From Craspedostauros australis (lineage: Eukaryota): a stretch of 54,903 nt of DNA. The notes under the pieces are model-generated. The model ran no database searches. It was not told the DNA's origin and saw only the letters and a list, made by a program, of their open reading frames with translations. The DNA is taken from NCBI GenBank assembly GCA_030167865.1, contig JALAGF010000598.1:1-54903 (forward strand), given 5' to 3'. The translations under genes were made by a program, and so were the position numbers. Below are positions 42,176-54,076 of the stretch, one piece after another (within the stretch, counting starts at the first letter, position 1; each line of letters opens with the position of its first letter).

Positions 42176-44342
42176 GGTCACGTGGTCCCTCTTCGACGGC
42201 TTGTTCGAGTATTACGCAAGTGCACTGTATGTACGGACTGTTGCAACTGCCGCAGATTTCGTTGTGGCTGCAGGGTTGTGTTGTTTTGTTTTGCTGGAGA
42301 AATAATTTATGACGACAGATCTTTCACTTCATCAGTTGCTTCTGTTGCATGATAGGCGATAATGCGTTCACCATCATGGCATGTTCATGTTTGTGTTGAT
42401 GAATGATACTGCTACTGTTGTTGTTGTTGCTGCTCCATGAATGGAGCGATGAAAAGCTGACCGTGGCCATTCCGCCGTAGCCAGCAGTACGAAACTCACT
42501 GGATGGACTGCCGAAGTCGCCATGGCGTGGTGACGCATTCCTCACGGAGTTGCTTCGGCAAGGGAGCATCCACGCTCACGGGCCTCCCCACATGTGCGAG
42601 CGGTAGGAGTATTGAGCAGTAGGACATTTCCCCACGATGTGCAGATGTAGAGTTGCCATCATCGTGTGCAGGTATATTGTATGGACGAGTAAGTCATGCA
42701 TCGTACTCGTACGTATGGTGGATGTGATCATGTGCACTGCTCCAAGCATCGAGGCGATTCGCGAAACAGCCAACCAACGACGAGAAATGTGACGATGTGT
42801 GCTCGTTTCTTGGCCAATTCGTCGTTTTAGTCCAATGAATCAATCGTGGATGTCATCCATGGGACAGGCTGGGAGATGGACTCGCGTCTCGCAGGTCTGT
42901 GCTTGAGATCCACGCTGCGTTCAGTGCTGAAGAGCAGTACGCACACATGCTGGAGCAATCGCATCATCATCGTTTCGTACATGAGAACAAGTATGAGCTG
43001 TGATGAAGAGAGAGAGAGAGAGAGGACAGACCCAATGGCGAATGTTTGTGTGTGAGATCGATCGGTTCGGCGTTTCAGTCACCTCCAGAACGAAGCGTAT
43101 GAGGCATCAAGTCTGGAACGAATGAGGACACCAGACGTGGTCGTGCAACCATCGCAAAGCAAGCGAAAGTGCGGTTTCGGGGCGGCCAATCTGAACTGGT
43201 CGACTATGGAGCGAGAAGGAATTGAGGAAGACTGCTGCCTCTTGTGGGAGGTTTCATCGCCGTGATACATCTCGGAAGCATGGAAGGCCGCGGCATTCTG
43301 CTCTGCTCACACCTTCTGTGCCATCGTGGAATCCTTCGCGAGTCCTCTTTCGTGTGGCGCTTTGAACGGGGACAGAGACGGGTGCAGATGTTGGCGCGCA
43401 ATACGATTGACGACACCGAATGAGATCATCCCACATCACGTCACGTCACATCACATCAACGAAGGAGAACTCTCGGTGTGTTGTTGTCCTTGCTGCGTTG
43501 TCGGAGGAGAAGGAGCCAGCACAACATCAGGAGAGCTTTTGCTTCTGCCGTGTTGGTTTTGGCGCACAATTCTTAAGCATGGCATCCAAACAAAGGGGTT
43601 GGGTGTTCTTGGACTTCCTTCACCATGCAAGCTAAATTGTTGCCTACTTAACGACTGTGTTGCCACTGCGGAGAAAGCTACGTCACGCACGCGTGTCACA
43701 CAGACAGAAAGGAACCTGGAAGATGGTGCCTTGCTGCATTGGGCACAGACATGCGGCATAGTTGTCCCTGTCTGCAGCCTTTGTGAGGCGTAACTGTGCT
43801 GTCTGCGTGACTCGATGGGGGCTCGTGCGAGTCGCAATTCCACAATGAAATGTCAAGTCAGACAATTACTTAATCGGAGAACAGAACAGTAAACCGTCCC
43901 TGAACAACCAATTCCACTGAGTTGTGCTCATTCTGCCACTTTGGGCACGCACATCACAAGGATGGTTTCCACGCAACGACGGTACAAAGAGAACGTCGAT
44001 GATGGAAGTGCGAGCACAGTCGTGCGCGTATGCAAAGAGAGAGGCGACAGACATCAGCGCACTCCAACATGACATGTGTAGTCTTAGCAGGTACTAGTGA
44101 GAAGACAGAGAGGAATCAATGCTCCGCACCGACATCAACACCAGTACCCAAACAAAGGAGGCCTTGACGAAGAGGCTCGATGGCTCTGTCGACGGGAATC
44201 AGGAGGGTGGTGCACAACCAGGGTCTGCCTCGTCGACACCAAACCCGATCCACACGTAGCTTGCACACAAAAGGGCTGAACTGAAAGGCAAGAGCAGGCA
44301 CGAAGCTTTAGGGCTGTCACAAGCAACAGGTCATCCATCCTT

Positions 44343-44393
44343 TTCATTCATCCTCTTCATCCATCCTCTTCATTCATCCTCTTCATCCATCCA
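44343..44393. repeat. Short tandem repeat, ~13-bp unit CAT(T/C)CATCCTCTT
   Basis: ttcattcatcctcttcatccatcctcttcattcatcctcttcatccatcca read directly, just upstream of the ATP-grasp gene. Confidence 0.75.
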
Positions 44394-44487
44394 ACCGTCG
44401 ATTCATCCATTCATCTGTCTGCCGATCCACCCATTTGTTCGTTCGTTCATCCATTTGTTCGTTCGTTGGAGTTATAGAATAGACAAG

Positions 44488-46467
44488 ATGGTGATGGTTA
44501 CGAAAGCAGACCTGGACCGCTCATCCAACCATTCCTCGCGGTCGCTGCGTGATCCTCGCAACAATGCAGCTGGCAACAGCGTGGGTCTGATGTCGGCGGC
44601 AGCTTTGCTGGCCTCACCTGCACCTGCGAGACGCACCTTCCTGTCGCCGTTCCGCACGCAGAGGAAGACTGCGACGCCCAAACTGGCGGCTGCTGCCTTG
44701 AACAAGACATCGTCCATGCCTTCGCTGCCACCGAACGGCACGTCGCCGCGGCATCTGGCATCATCGCAGACCAACCAGCACTTCAACATCGAGCAGTCTC
44801 CGCGCACGCCGCGTGGCAACTCGCAGCGGCATCATTCCTCCAAATCGAGGCGGTTTGCCTCGTTTCTTCTGGAGCATCGCCAACAGCGACAGCAACGGCC
44901 ATCAAGGCGCACGAGCAATGGCACGACGCAGGCCCTGCCCACGTTGGATATGGACACCAGCTCGCCCATGCCTCTGCATCACAGCCAGCAGCACCACCAG
45001 TTATCCCACAGAAAGACGGTCACCAGCGACAAGCAGCTATCGTCCACGATCATGTTGAACGAGCACAGCTTCTTCCCGCCGCTCGTGTCGGCCGAGGATT
45101 GCGGCGGCAGCGCGCATACGCCCACGGAATCGTCGGCGCATTCCGGTTTTGACAATGATTCGAATCATACGGAGACGTCGGCGGAGAGTGGACCGCCACC
45201 CAACGTCGTTGTCACGTCGAGTCGATGCAGTTCTCGCAATATGCTGCGGATGTGTTTTGTGATTGGTTGCCTCATCCTGTTTGCAATACAGGTGGGTTCC
45301 AACGGCTCATTCAATGTGGGTTCGGATGGCACGTATCAGAAGCTCGAAGCCGACGCGGATGATGCTGCGGATACAGATTCGGGAATTGGAGGCAGTGGCA
45401 GCTACTCACCCGATTCGCAGCAGATCCCAACAACCTCCCATGTTCCAACGTGGGCTGAGATAAAAGCCAGCGATACCTTCTCCCAATTCTGCTCCAAATC
45501 CAACAAACTCAACATCGATCTCGCGCCCTTGGTCGACAAGCACAATGTCAAGATGATCATCGATCAGGCGCAGATCCAGGTGGGCGGCAACAAACTCATG
45601 TTCGCGCAGGAATACGCCAACGTCGATGCCACCAACATCACGACCGCATTCACCGACCAATTTGTGCAATCGTTGCTGCCGCGTAAGAGCTTCGTCATGA
45701 AGGCGACGCACACATCGGGATGCATCACGAAAGTCGCGCTGCATGGTGACGAGCAGAACCAACCGGATACCTTCAAATGCTTCAAACCGCCTTGTTTGCC
45801 ACAGCAGTATAGGACCTCCACAAAGACATCGACGGCGCAGAAGCTGCAGATACTATGTCAGAAGTTCTTGGACACGGAGTACTCGGACAAGTACGACGAG
45901 AAGTTCTACAGGCACATTCCCAAGCGTTGCATCCTGGAGGAGTACCTGCTGGACGAACAATCGCCGCAATCTTTCACGGAGTACAAGATCCACACCTTCC
46001 ACGGCCGCCCCATGATCGTGCAGGTCATGAGCGATCGCTACCACCAGGACAACGTCACGACATCCACGCGCAACGTCCGCACGCCCGATTGGCACGAGAT
46101 CCCGCTGGCCATCAATCGCAAAAAACGTGATGTCAATCCCAATCTGGGCCCGCGTCCCGACGCCGCGCTCGATATCATGCTTGACGCCACGCAACAATTG
46201 TTCCATCTCGGCAACGCCTATCTGCAGCAGCATCACAGCACGACGTTTCCCTATGCGCGTGTCGACTTTTTCGTCTTCGGATCGAACGTGGCGTTTGCGG
46301 AGATGACGTTCACGCACAAATCGTGCGGGCCTTTGTTTGATAAGAAGGTGCATGATTGGGCCAATAAATTTTACGGCTTTGTGGGGCGACATCCCGAGTA
46401 CGATGTTGCGCCCAACGCCATCTTGGATCTTGCGGCGGAACGTAAGAACAAGGGTGGCAAGCGGTGA
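44488..46467 (+). CDS. TupA-like ATP-grasp protein with single N-proximal TM helix (type II membrane topology), ~659 aa
   Basis: LPRKSFVMKATHTSG, YRHIPKRCILEEYL, EYKIHTFHGRP..VQVMSDRY, RPDAALDIML, FPYARVDFF...AFAEMTFT correspond to TupA-like ATP-grasp motifs (FVxKxxHxSG, IxEE, DYK, RVD, FxExTF). Hydrophobic segment MCFVIGCLILFAIQVG precedes the domain. First ATG at 44488. Confidence 0.82.
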   Translation: MVMVTKADLDRSSNHSSRSLRDPRNNAAGNSVGLMSAAALLASPAPARRTFLSPFRTQRKTATPKLAAAALNKTSSMPSLPPNGTSPRHLASSQTNQHFNIEQSPRTPRGNSQRHHSSKSRRFASFLLEHRQQRQQRPSRRTSNGTTQALPTLDMDTSSPMPLHHSQQHHQLSHRKTVTSDKQLSSTIMLNEHSFFPPLVSAEDCGGSAHTPTESSAHSGFDNDSNHTETSAESGPPPNVVVTSSRCSSRNMLRMCFVIGCLILFAIQVGSNGSFNVGSDGTYQKLEADADDAADTDSGIGGSGSYSPDSQQIPTTSHVPTWAEIKASDTFSQFCSKSNKLNIDLAPLVDKHNVKMIIDQAQIQVGGNKLMFAQEYANVDATNITTAFTDQFVQSLLPRKSFVMKATHTSGCITKVALHGDEQNQPDTFKCFKPPCLPQQYRTSTKTSTAQKLQILCQKFLDTEYSDKYDEKFYRHIPKRCILEEYLLDEQSPQSFTEYKIHTFHGRPMIVQVMSDRYHQDNVTTSTRNVRTPDWHEIPLAINRKKRDVNPNLGPRPDAALDIMLDATQQLFHLGNAYLQQHHSTTFPYARVDFFVFGSNVAFAEMTFTHKSCGPLFDKKVHDWANKFYGFVGRHPEYDVAPNAILDLAAERKNKGGKR

Positions 46468-46980
46468 CATGATCTACAGCACAGTATGGAATGGAATGGA
46501 TTTGGGTTGATTTGAGTTGAGTTGGAAGCTGAGTGCTGCTGTCGCGTTGGACAAGTTTAAACTAATGCACGCCGTGGGCCTTCCACATGGGAAAGACATG
46601 GTGTTCGACGGTCTCCCTCTCTAGAGAATGAGCGTGCTGTCCTCTTCTTGCGAGCATGGTAGAGTAGATGCATTTGTTCATGACGTCGTTGTGGAGGATC
46701 TGTTTTCATTTTGGCTTTGCGGGTCTACCTCTCTTTACCATGCTACAAGTGTTTTGGTCAAATGAGTCAACGCCAACCAAACCACGAGAGAACACAACGT
46801 GATGTGATCACATCAGCAACAACGCCGACCGAAAACGCAGCTTGACCCAGAATTCATCACAACATGGTCAAAGCGCAAGAAAGCGAGAGACAGAGACCAA
46901 GGGCTTCCTCCAAAGCACCATCAGATGCAAGTTGTGAACAGCATTGCGGTACATATAATACAAACGTATGCACATTCACC

Positions 46981-47655
46981 ATGAGCGACGACGATTTGGA
47001 TGATTTCTTCGCGGAGGTGGAGGCAGCTGATGACGAGAAAGAAGATGAGACAACCCCACCCCCATCGAAACGCCTCAAGACGGATGACGAACCCAAGATC
47101 CCTCGCGGTGTCGTCGTCGCCGCCGCCAGTTCGGCCGCACGTCCAACGACCAAACCGATAATACAACCACAGATATACCCCATGGGGCCATCGATTGCCG
47201 CTATCCCACCACCACCCCCGCCACCACCACCCCCACCGCCGCCCGCCAAACCCGAAGAAAAGGCCAAACCGAAGAAACCCATCCAACGCATGGCCGGTGG
47301 CAAGGTGTGGGTCGACGAATCGCTGAGCGAATGGCCGGAGAATGATTTCCGCGTGTTCGTGGGCAACCTGTCGAAGGATGTGAGCGAGGCCATGCTGCAG
47401 CATCACTTTGAACAGTACGCGAGTTTGGCGAAGTGCAAGGTGGTGCGCGATCATAAGGAAGTGAGCAAGGGATTTGGGTTCTGCTCGTTTCTGGATCCTA
47501 TGGATTGCGCCAAGGCGATTCGGGAGAAGGATCAATCGTGGCTGTCGAGCCGTCCCATCAAAGTGAGGCGCAGCGATTGGAAGGACCGCAATGTGCAGAT
47601 GGGCAAGAAGAAGGGCAAGAATAAAAAGCGAAGCAAATTCAATTCGAGGCGGTGA
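46981..47655 (+). CDS. RBM42: RRM RNA-binding protein, RBM42-like
   Basis: RMAGGKVWVDESLSEWPENDFRVFVGNL (RNP2) ... SKGFGFCSF (RNP1) ... SRPIKVRRSDWK, the RBM42 signature; poly-Pro linker. Start placed at MSDDDLDDFF (46981); upstream in-frame ATG at 46864. Confidence 0.85.
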   Translation: MSDDDLDDFFAEVEAADDEKEDETTPPPSKRLKTDDEPKIPRGVVVAAASSAARPTTKPIIQPQIYPMGPSIAAIPPPPPPPPPPPPPAKPEEKAKPKKPIQRMAGGKVWVDESLSEWPENDFRVFVGNLSKDVSEAMLQHHFEQYASLAKCKVVRDHKEVSKGFGFCSFLDPMDCAKAIREKDQSWLSSRPIKVRRSDWKDRNVQMGKKKGKNKKRSKFNSRR

Positions 47656-48593
47656 GTTGCGATGAGTTGCGATGAGTCTGGATTGGTTGATATCGCACGG
47701 CAGAGCAGCGCACGCGATCTGCTCGTCAAGTTGGAAAACAAGAAGAAGAGAAAGGGGAGAAGAACTAGGAAAGATGGTAAGATTGGAGTGATGCATGTAA
47801 TAGGATACTCTTTCACTTGACTCTGCTCCGCTCTGATATGAATATAGCAGATATTGTCACACCTGCGGAGTCGCGTTGCGTTGTTTTCACTTGATTTGGA
47901 CATCGGTCACGAGTTCTTCATTTTGTCGTGATTCATCAATCCAGTTTCATTCACGCCGAAACAGGACCGCAACAACAATCCAGTTCCGTGTACTGTCCCT
48001 CCATCATTGATTTGTATTGATGGATGAATAAAAGCATCCAACGGCAACAGGGAAGTGAAGTGCGCGCAATTGCGAAAAAATGCTGGTTGTCGTCTTGTGT
48101 TGTTTGTTGGTGTGTTCTGCCATCGTTCGCAGGCCATTTCCTCTGTCTCTGGAGAGACCAAGAGTCCAGCAACAGCAACAACAGTAACAACAGTAGCAGG
48201 ACTGCCAACAACAACATCACCACTCTCCGCACCAACAAGACTGCCACCATCATCATCATCATCATCATCGCCGTCGCTGTTATAATCGACGCCGTCATCG
48301 TGCTTGGAATCCATACCAACAACACCCGAACAGAGGAAGCAAGTTACTATTAGCTTCCTTCGCTGCTGCTGCTGCTACTGCAAGAATCGGAGAACACAGA
48401 CGACTTTCTCAAACTTGACTCCGCGTGAAACGAGGTGCTCCATCCATCCCGCAAGTGTGTCACGCACTTGTGGCTTGCATCAGAGCAGACAATCGCCGTT
48501 GCCACTGCAGTGCAATCAGAATTGGTCACCGATCTGTCTTTGTGCAGCAATTGCATCATCATTCTGCATTTGCATCTGCTGTCCTTCGCCTGA

Positions 48594-48632
48594 CAATAGA
48601 CAATCAGACAATCAGACAATCAGACAATAGAC
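48594..48632. repeat. Short tandem repeat (CAATCAGA)n in the 5' flank of the ABHD17-like gene
   Basis: caataga caatcaga caatcaga caatcaga caataga read directly. Confidence 0.75.
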
Positions 48633-48665
48633 AGCACACAATAGACCACACACACTCAGAGAGAC

Positions 48666-50132
48666 ATGAGCTGCTGCTGCTGCCCATCGGCCGTGTCGGC
48701 GCTGTTCTGCCTGTGGGTGCAGAGCGGATTCTCGAAGGGCACTGTGGCCGGTGCCCTCACGTTCTTCCCACCCAGCCCGCCGCTCTACAAGTTCCAGCGC
48801 CAATCCGCGGACGGCACGCCGCTTGCGGATGACGAGGACGCGCTCATCGAGGACACGGAGTCCGACGACCAGAACAGCAGCACCAGCGGCAAGAAGAAGA
48901 AGAAGAAGAAGCGCAACTACAGCAACGACGAACTGGTGGGAGACGAAGCAGCGCATTACCGCGCCAAGGAGGGAGAGATGAGGGAGCAGATGAAGTCGCC
49001 GGCGCAGCAGCTCACGGAACGCGCCAAGCACCTCAGGCGGCAGGCCAAGGCGCGCAACGCCAGGGATGCCAGAGACGCCAAGGCCGGCGTCACGTATTCC
49101 CTGGTCCTGGATTCGAGGCTGTCCGCGCCACGGCTCGAGGGCGGCGGCAGGGACTGCGTCACGTGCGTCAAGATACCCACGCCCGCCAAATCGCACGTCG
49201 CCGCCATCGTCTACCGCGTCCCGCAAGCCTGGTCCACGCCCCACACCAAGACCGTCATCTACAGCCACGGCAACGCCACCGACATCGGCGCCATGTTCCC
49301 CATACAATCCATCCTGGCCCACGCCCTCGAATGCAACGTCATCAGCTACGATTATTCAGGTTACGGCGAATCGGGCGGCGTGCCCATGGAGCGCACCACC
49401 TACACCGATATCGCGGCCGTTTACGAATATACATTGAAGGAGCTCTGCAAGAATGACGCGTCAAGGATCATTTTGTATGGCCAGTCGGTCGGATCGGGTC
49501 CTTGTTGTCATCTCGCCAGGAACCAACCCAATCTCGGCGGTATGATCCTGCATTCGCCCTTCACAAGCGGCATGCGCGTCTTAACACCAAGTCGGTAAGT
49601 TGATGGTGTTGGGGGGTTATATGTTGTTGGTGAATATGTGTATTTGTGTATTTGTATGTGAATGTGTGTATTTATCATTCATTGACTGACTTCATTGCTT
49701 CCTGTTATATCACTTCCATCTTGCATTGCATCACTGCCTCCATCTTGCACCATCATATACAGATTACTGGCCTGTCTGGATATCTACCCCAACATCGACC
49801 GCATCCGCAAGGCAACTTGTCCCGTCATGGTCATCCACGGACGTCTCGATGAGGAGGTCAGCATCTCGCACGGTGTCGCACTGCACGAAGCAGTTCCGGA
49901 CGCTTACAAACGCGATCCATGGTGGGTCCCGGACCGGGGACACAATGACATCACGGAGGGACCTGGCAAGCTCACGCAGTACGTGCAGAGGTTACGTCAG
50001 TTCATGGACTCCGTGCGCAATCAGGATCAGCAGGAATTCATAGATCCGCAGCACATCACTGCTGATGGCGAGGGGCACGAGATCAGCACCAGCGATCATC
50101 TCAACACGCAATCCATACAATTGGCCAAGTGA
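48666..50132 (+). CDS. ABHD17: ABHD17-like alpha/beta hydrolase (protein depalmitoylase); join(48666..49594,49763..50132), 432 aa
   Basis: N-terminal Cys cluster MSCCCCP, FFPP, YSHGNATDIG, YDYSGYGES, GQSVG nucleophile, IHGRLDE, GHND. Intron 49595-49762 (GTAAGT...ACAG) splices in frame (CG|A). Confidence 0.92.
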
Positions 50133-50221
50133 CAAGCCCAAGACAACGTCTGTAAACTATCCTGTTATCTACCGACTCGTTCTTCGTATTTGCTATTAAT
50201 AGTATGTATGACAGAATTCAG

Positions 50222-51607
<1,386 letters not shown>

Positions 51608-52430
51608 GATGCAGAGTGGGTGGACTGGTCAATGGATCGATGGATCAATGAATCAAAGGGGCAGATGGATGAATAGAATAGATGGATGAATGAATGATGC
51701 GTCTCTCGACTTCACACACACAAAGTTATTTTACATCCGACTTCCTTTGTCTCTTGTTGGGGTTGATTGTGTGCTGCCTCGTAGGCTTTGAAGGTTGGAT
51801 GTGGTTGTGATTGGTTGTTGTCATGTGATGAGAAGATTCTCCTTGTTGTGGTCATTCGTTGATTGACATCAAGGAAAGAGGAGACGTGCGTAAGTCCTCG
51901 TTGATCCCTTCGAATCGTCCATTCGTAGTTTGCACCTGTCAGGATAGAACGAGGTGAACAGCCACCAAGTTTCATTCGATGTCCATAATGGCACCACTTG
52001 GAGAATTCCATAGAATACAATAGAGTGGAGAGTACACATGCATTCTCTACTTACATGTTACAACGCAATCGTGGCGGCGTCAACAGTTACGATACAGGAG
52101 CACCATCCCTCTGCAACCTGGAGAGCAGCGACATCAACCTGTTTTCAAAATATTTCTTCAAGTTTACTCTGCTGTATTGTGGTGTCCTTTTGGGACGCAA
52201 GGATGCCATCCCTTTCGTTCATGGATGTGGTCATGAACATGTGCTTTTCTTTGCACATTGGGATGGAGTGCGCCCGTTGGCTCCCCATGTTTGATACAGC
52301 GCCATCATTTGTCGTGTATCCGCATGATAGCAGTGTGTCGCCAGATCGCTCCTTCTCCACTTTGTTGCTTCAAAGCTACGCGTTCCTCCAAGACAAGACT
52401 TCTTTGCCTCCATCAAATCCACAGCTTGCA

Positions 52431-52954
52431 TCATTCCATATCTTTCCGAACCTTCGCTGCCAGGCTTTCCACCACGTCGTCACGTGTCACCATCATGTGC
52501 TTCCATGAATCGCCTGTCAAGCCGATATCCTTTGGCTTCTGCAATTCCATCATCATGGGTGAGCGTATATTATGGTGGCATGCCGTCAGATGAGCATTTC
52601 CGCAGTAGCGCATATCGCATGCAATCATTGTTCAATCCGAATTCAACCAATGGAAAGCATTGCAAAGCAGAATTGATGTTGTTGAGCAAGAGAGAGCACG
52701 TGTAAATGGAAGGGGTTAGACTGGTTCCGCGAAGAGAAGACTTGCGAGCATCGGAGCACTGCACCGACTGACACACCGCATCATCTTCATTGCACACAAC
52801 GTCCCCGCAACAGCCGCAGCCGCGTCAATGCAACCCATTGCATTCCCCGACAACTCACCCCGTACGCAGCGTACTGGATTCCTGCAAGCAGGCCAGCGGC
52901 GACATTGAAGGCACCGCCGATGATGACGAAGGTTGCGAGCGACTGGTATGGCAT
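52431..52954 (-). CDS. NDUFA1: NADH dehydrogenase 1 alpha subcomplex subunit 1 (MWFE)-like; complement(join(52431..52538,52859..52954)), 67 aa
   Basis: Spliced product MPYQSLATFVIIGGAFNVAAGLLAGIQYAAYG|KPKDIGLTGDSWKHMMVTRDDVVESLAAKVRKDME: single N-terminal TM then GK...D.W...M..RD as in MWFE subunits. Phase-0 intron 52539-52858 (GTGAGT...GCAG). Confidence 0.8.
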
Positions 52955-53314
52955 GGTGAAGCGTTTTGTTCTACTGTCCGAGTATGTGGCGACCGACGGA
53001 GCGTTGTCTTTTTGATTGCGATGGGAATTTGCTGCTGCGGCGCATCGATCGCCATCGTCGCTCTTTTTTGCTGTTGTTGTTGGCGGTGATGGTGTTTCGT
53101 TCTGGAACGGTACTGGGGAAGGCCTTTTATAGACTTTGAGAACTAAACTAGAGACAAGTTGAAACGGAAGAAATCCTCTCTGCCAACGGCACAAAAGGCC
53201 TGCAAGTACAAACAAGTGAATACACGCCTGTACATTCTATGATATAATATCTCTACAGGCCTAATCACTCATCCAACTCAATCACCCAACGATCCATCCA
53301 TCCATCTGTCCCAA

Positions 53315-53887
53315 TCACCGTCGCCGCCTCCGCCGCAAAGTCCTGCGCTCTACTTCTTGACCCGTCGGCAAATCGTCATGAATCGGCGGCGGGCCACCTT
53401 CGTTGTCCATCTTCCAAAAGAATAGATCCTGCGCATCGGAAACGCGACGCGCCAACTCCCAATGCTGGCCATCGTACTTGGCACCCGGAATACGGTTGCG
53501 ATGCAGCCGAATCAGATCGCGCCGCTGGATCGAATTGAGCTTGTACCCCGTCTCCTGAAAGAACCAGACGAGGAAATCCGTCTCGGTCCACTCGACGGCG
53601 CGGTCGCTGGTAGCCATTGCATCGCGCGGCCGCCGCAAATCGCGGATCTGCTCAAAGGCCTGTCGCATGCGTACAAATGTCGCAATATCGCCGCTTGCGA
53701 CGTCGTCTGTCGTGTCGGGATGATGCTGCAAGGCCAATCGGAGGAATCGTTTGCGCACCGTCTCGAACGATGCGGTGGGCGGCACACCCAGAACGCGGAA
53801 TGGATTGGAAGGCTGGCCGTATCTGCGCAGCGTCGTCGTTATGTGGTGTCTCAACACGCCGCGCGTTGCCGTCATCGTGATCGGCAT
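53315..53887 (-). CDS. DnaJ/J-domain protein, probable mitochondrial presequence, ~190 aa
   Basis: NPFRVLGVPPTASFETVRKRFLRLALQHHPD...FVRMRQAFEQI (J domain with HPD). Arg/Thr-rich, acid-free N-terminus from ATG 53887. Confidence 0.85.
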   Translation of the reverse strand: MPITMTATRGVLRHHITTTLRRYGQPSNPFRVLGVPPTASFETVRKRFLRLALQHHPDTTDDVASGDIATFVRMRQAFEQIRDLRRPRDAMATSDRAVEWTETDFLVWFFQETGYKLNSIQRRDLIRLHRNRIPGAKYDGQHWELARRVSDAQDLFFWKMDNEGGPPPIHDDLPTGQEVERRTLRRRRRR

Positions 53888-54076
53888 GTTGGCTACTGTC
53901 TCGTCTTGACAATGGCTACTGTCTCGTCTTGGATCGTTGCAGAGTGCCGCACGCTGGTGTGGTGCCTGATGTTGTGCGATGCTTCCGAGAATAGATTCGG
54001 AATTCCGACAAACCAAACCAAAGAAAAATAAAAACTAATTAATCCCCTAACACAACACAAACAACAGCAAAGCAAA

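Noticed and set aside
42300..44450. Many 60-150 aa ORFs between the UBC and ATP-grasp genes
   Set aside because: No motifs or coding bias; consistent with a divergent promoter/intergenic region containing microsatellites.
47907..48353. Overlapping ORFs with poly-D/poly-M/poly-I tracts
   Set aside because: Translations of (CAT)n and (CAA)n microsatellites, not credible proteins.
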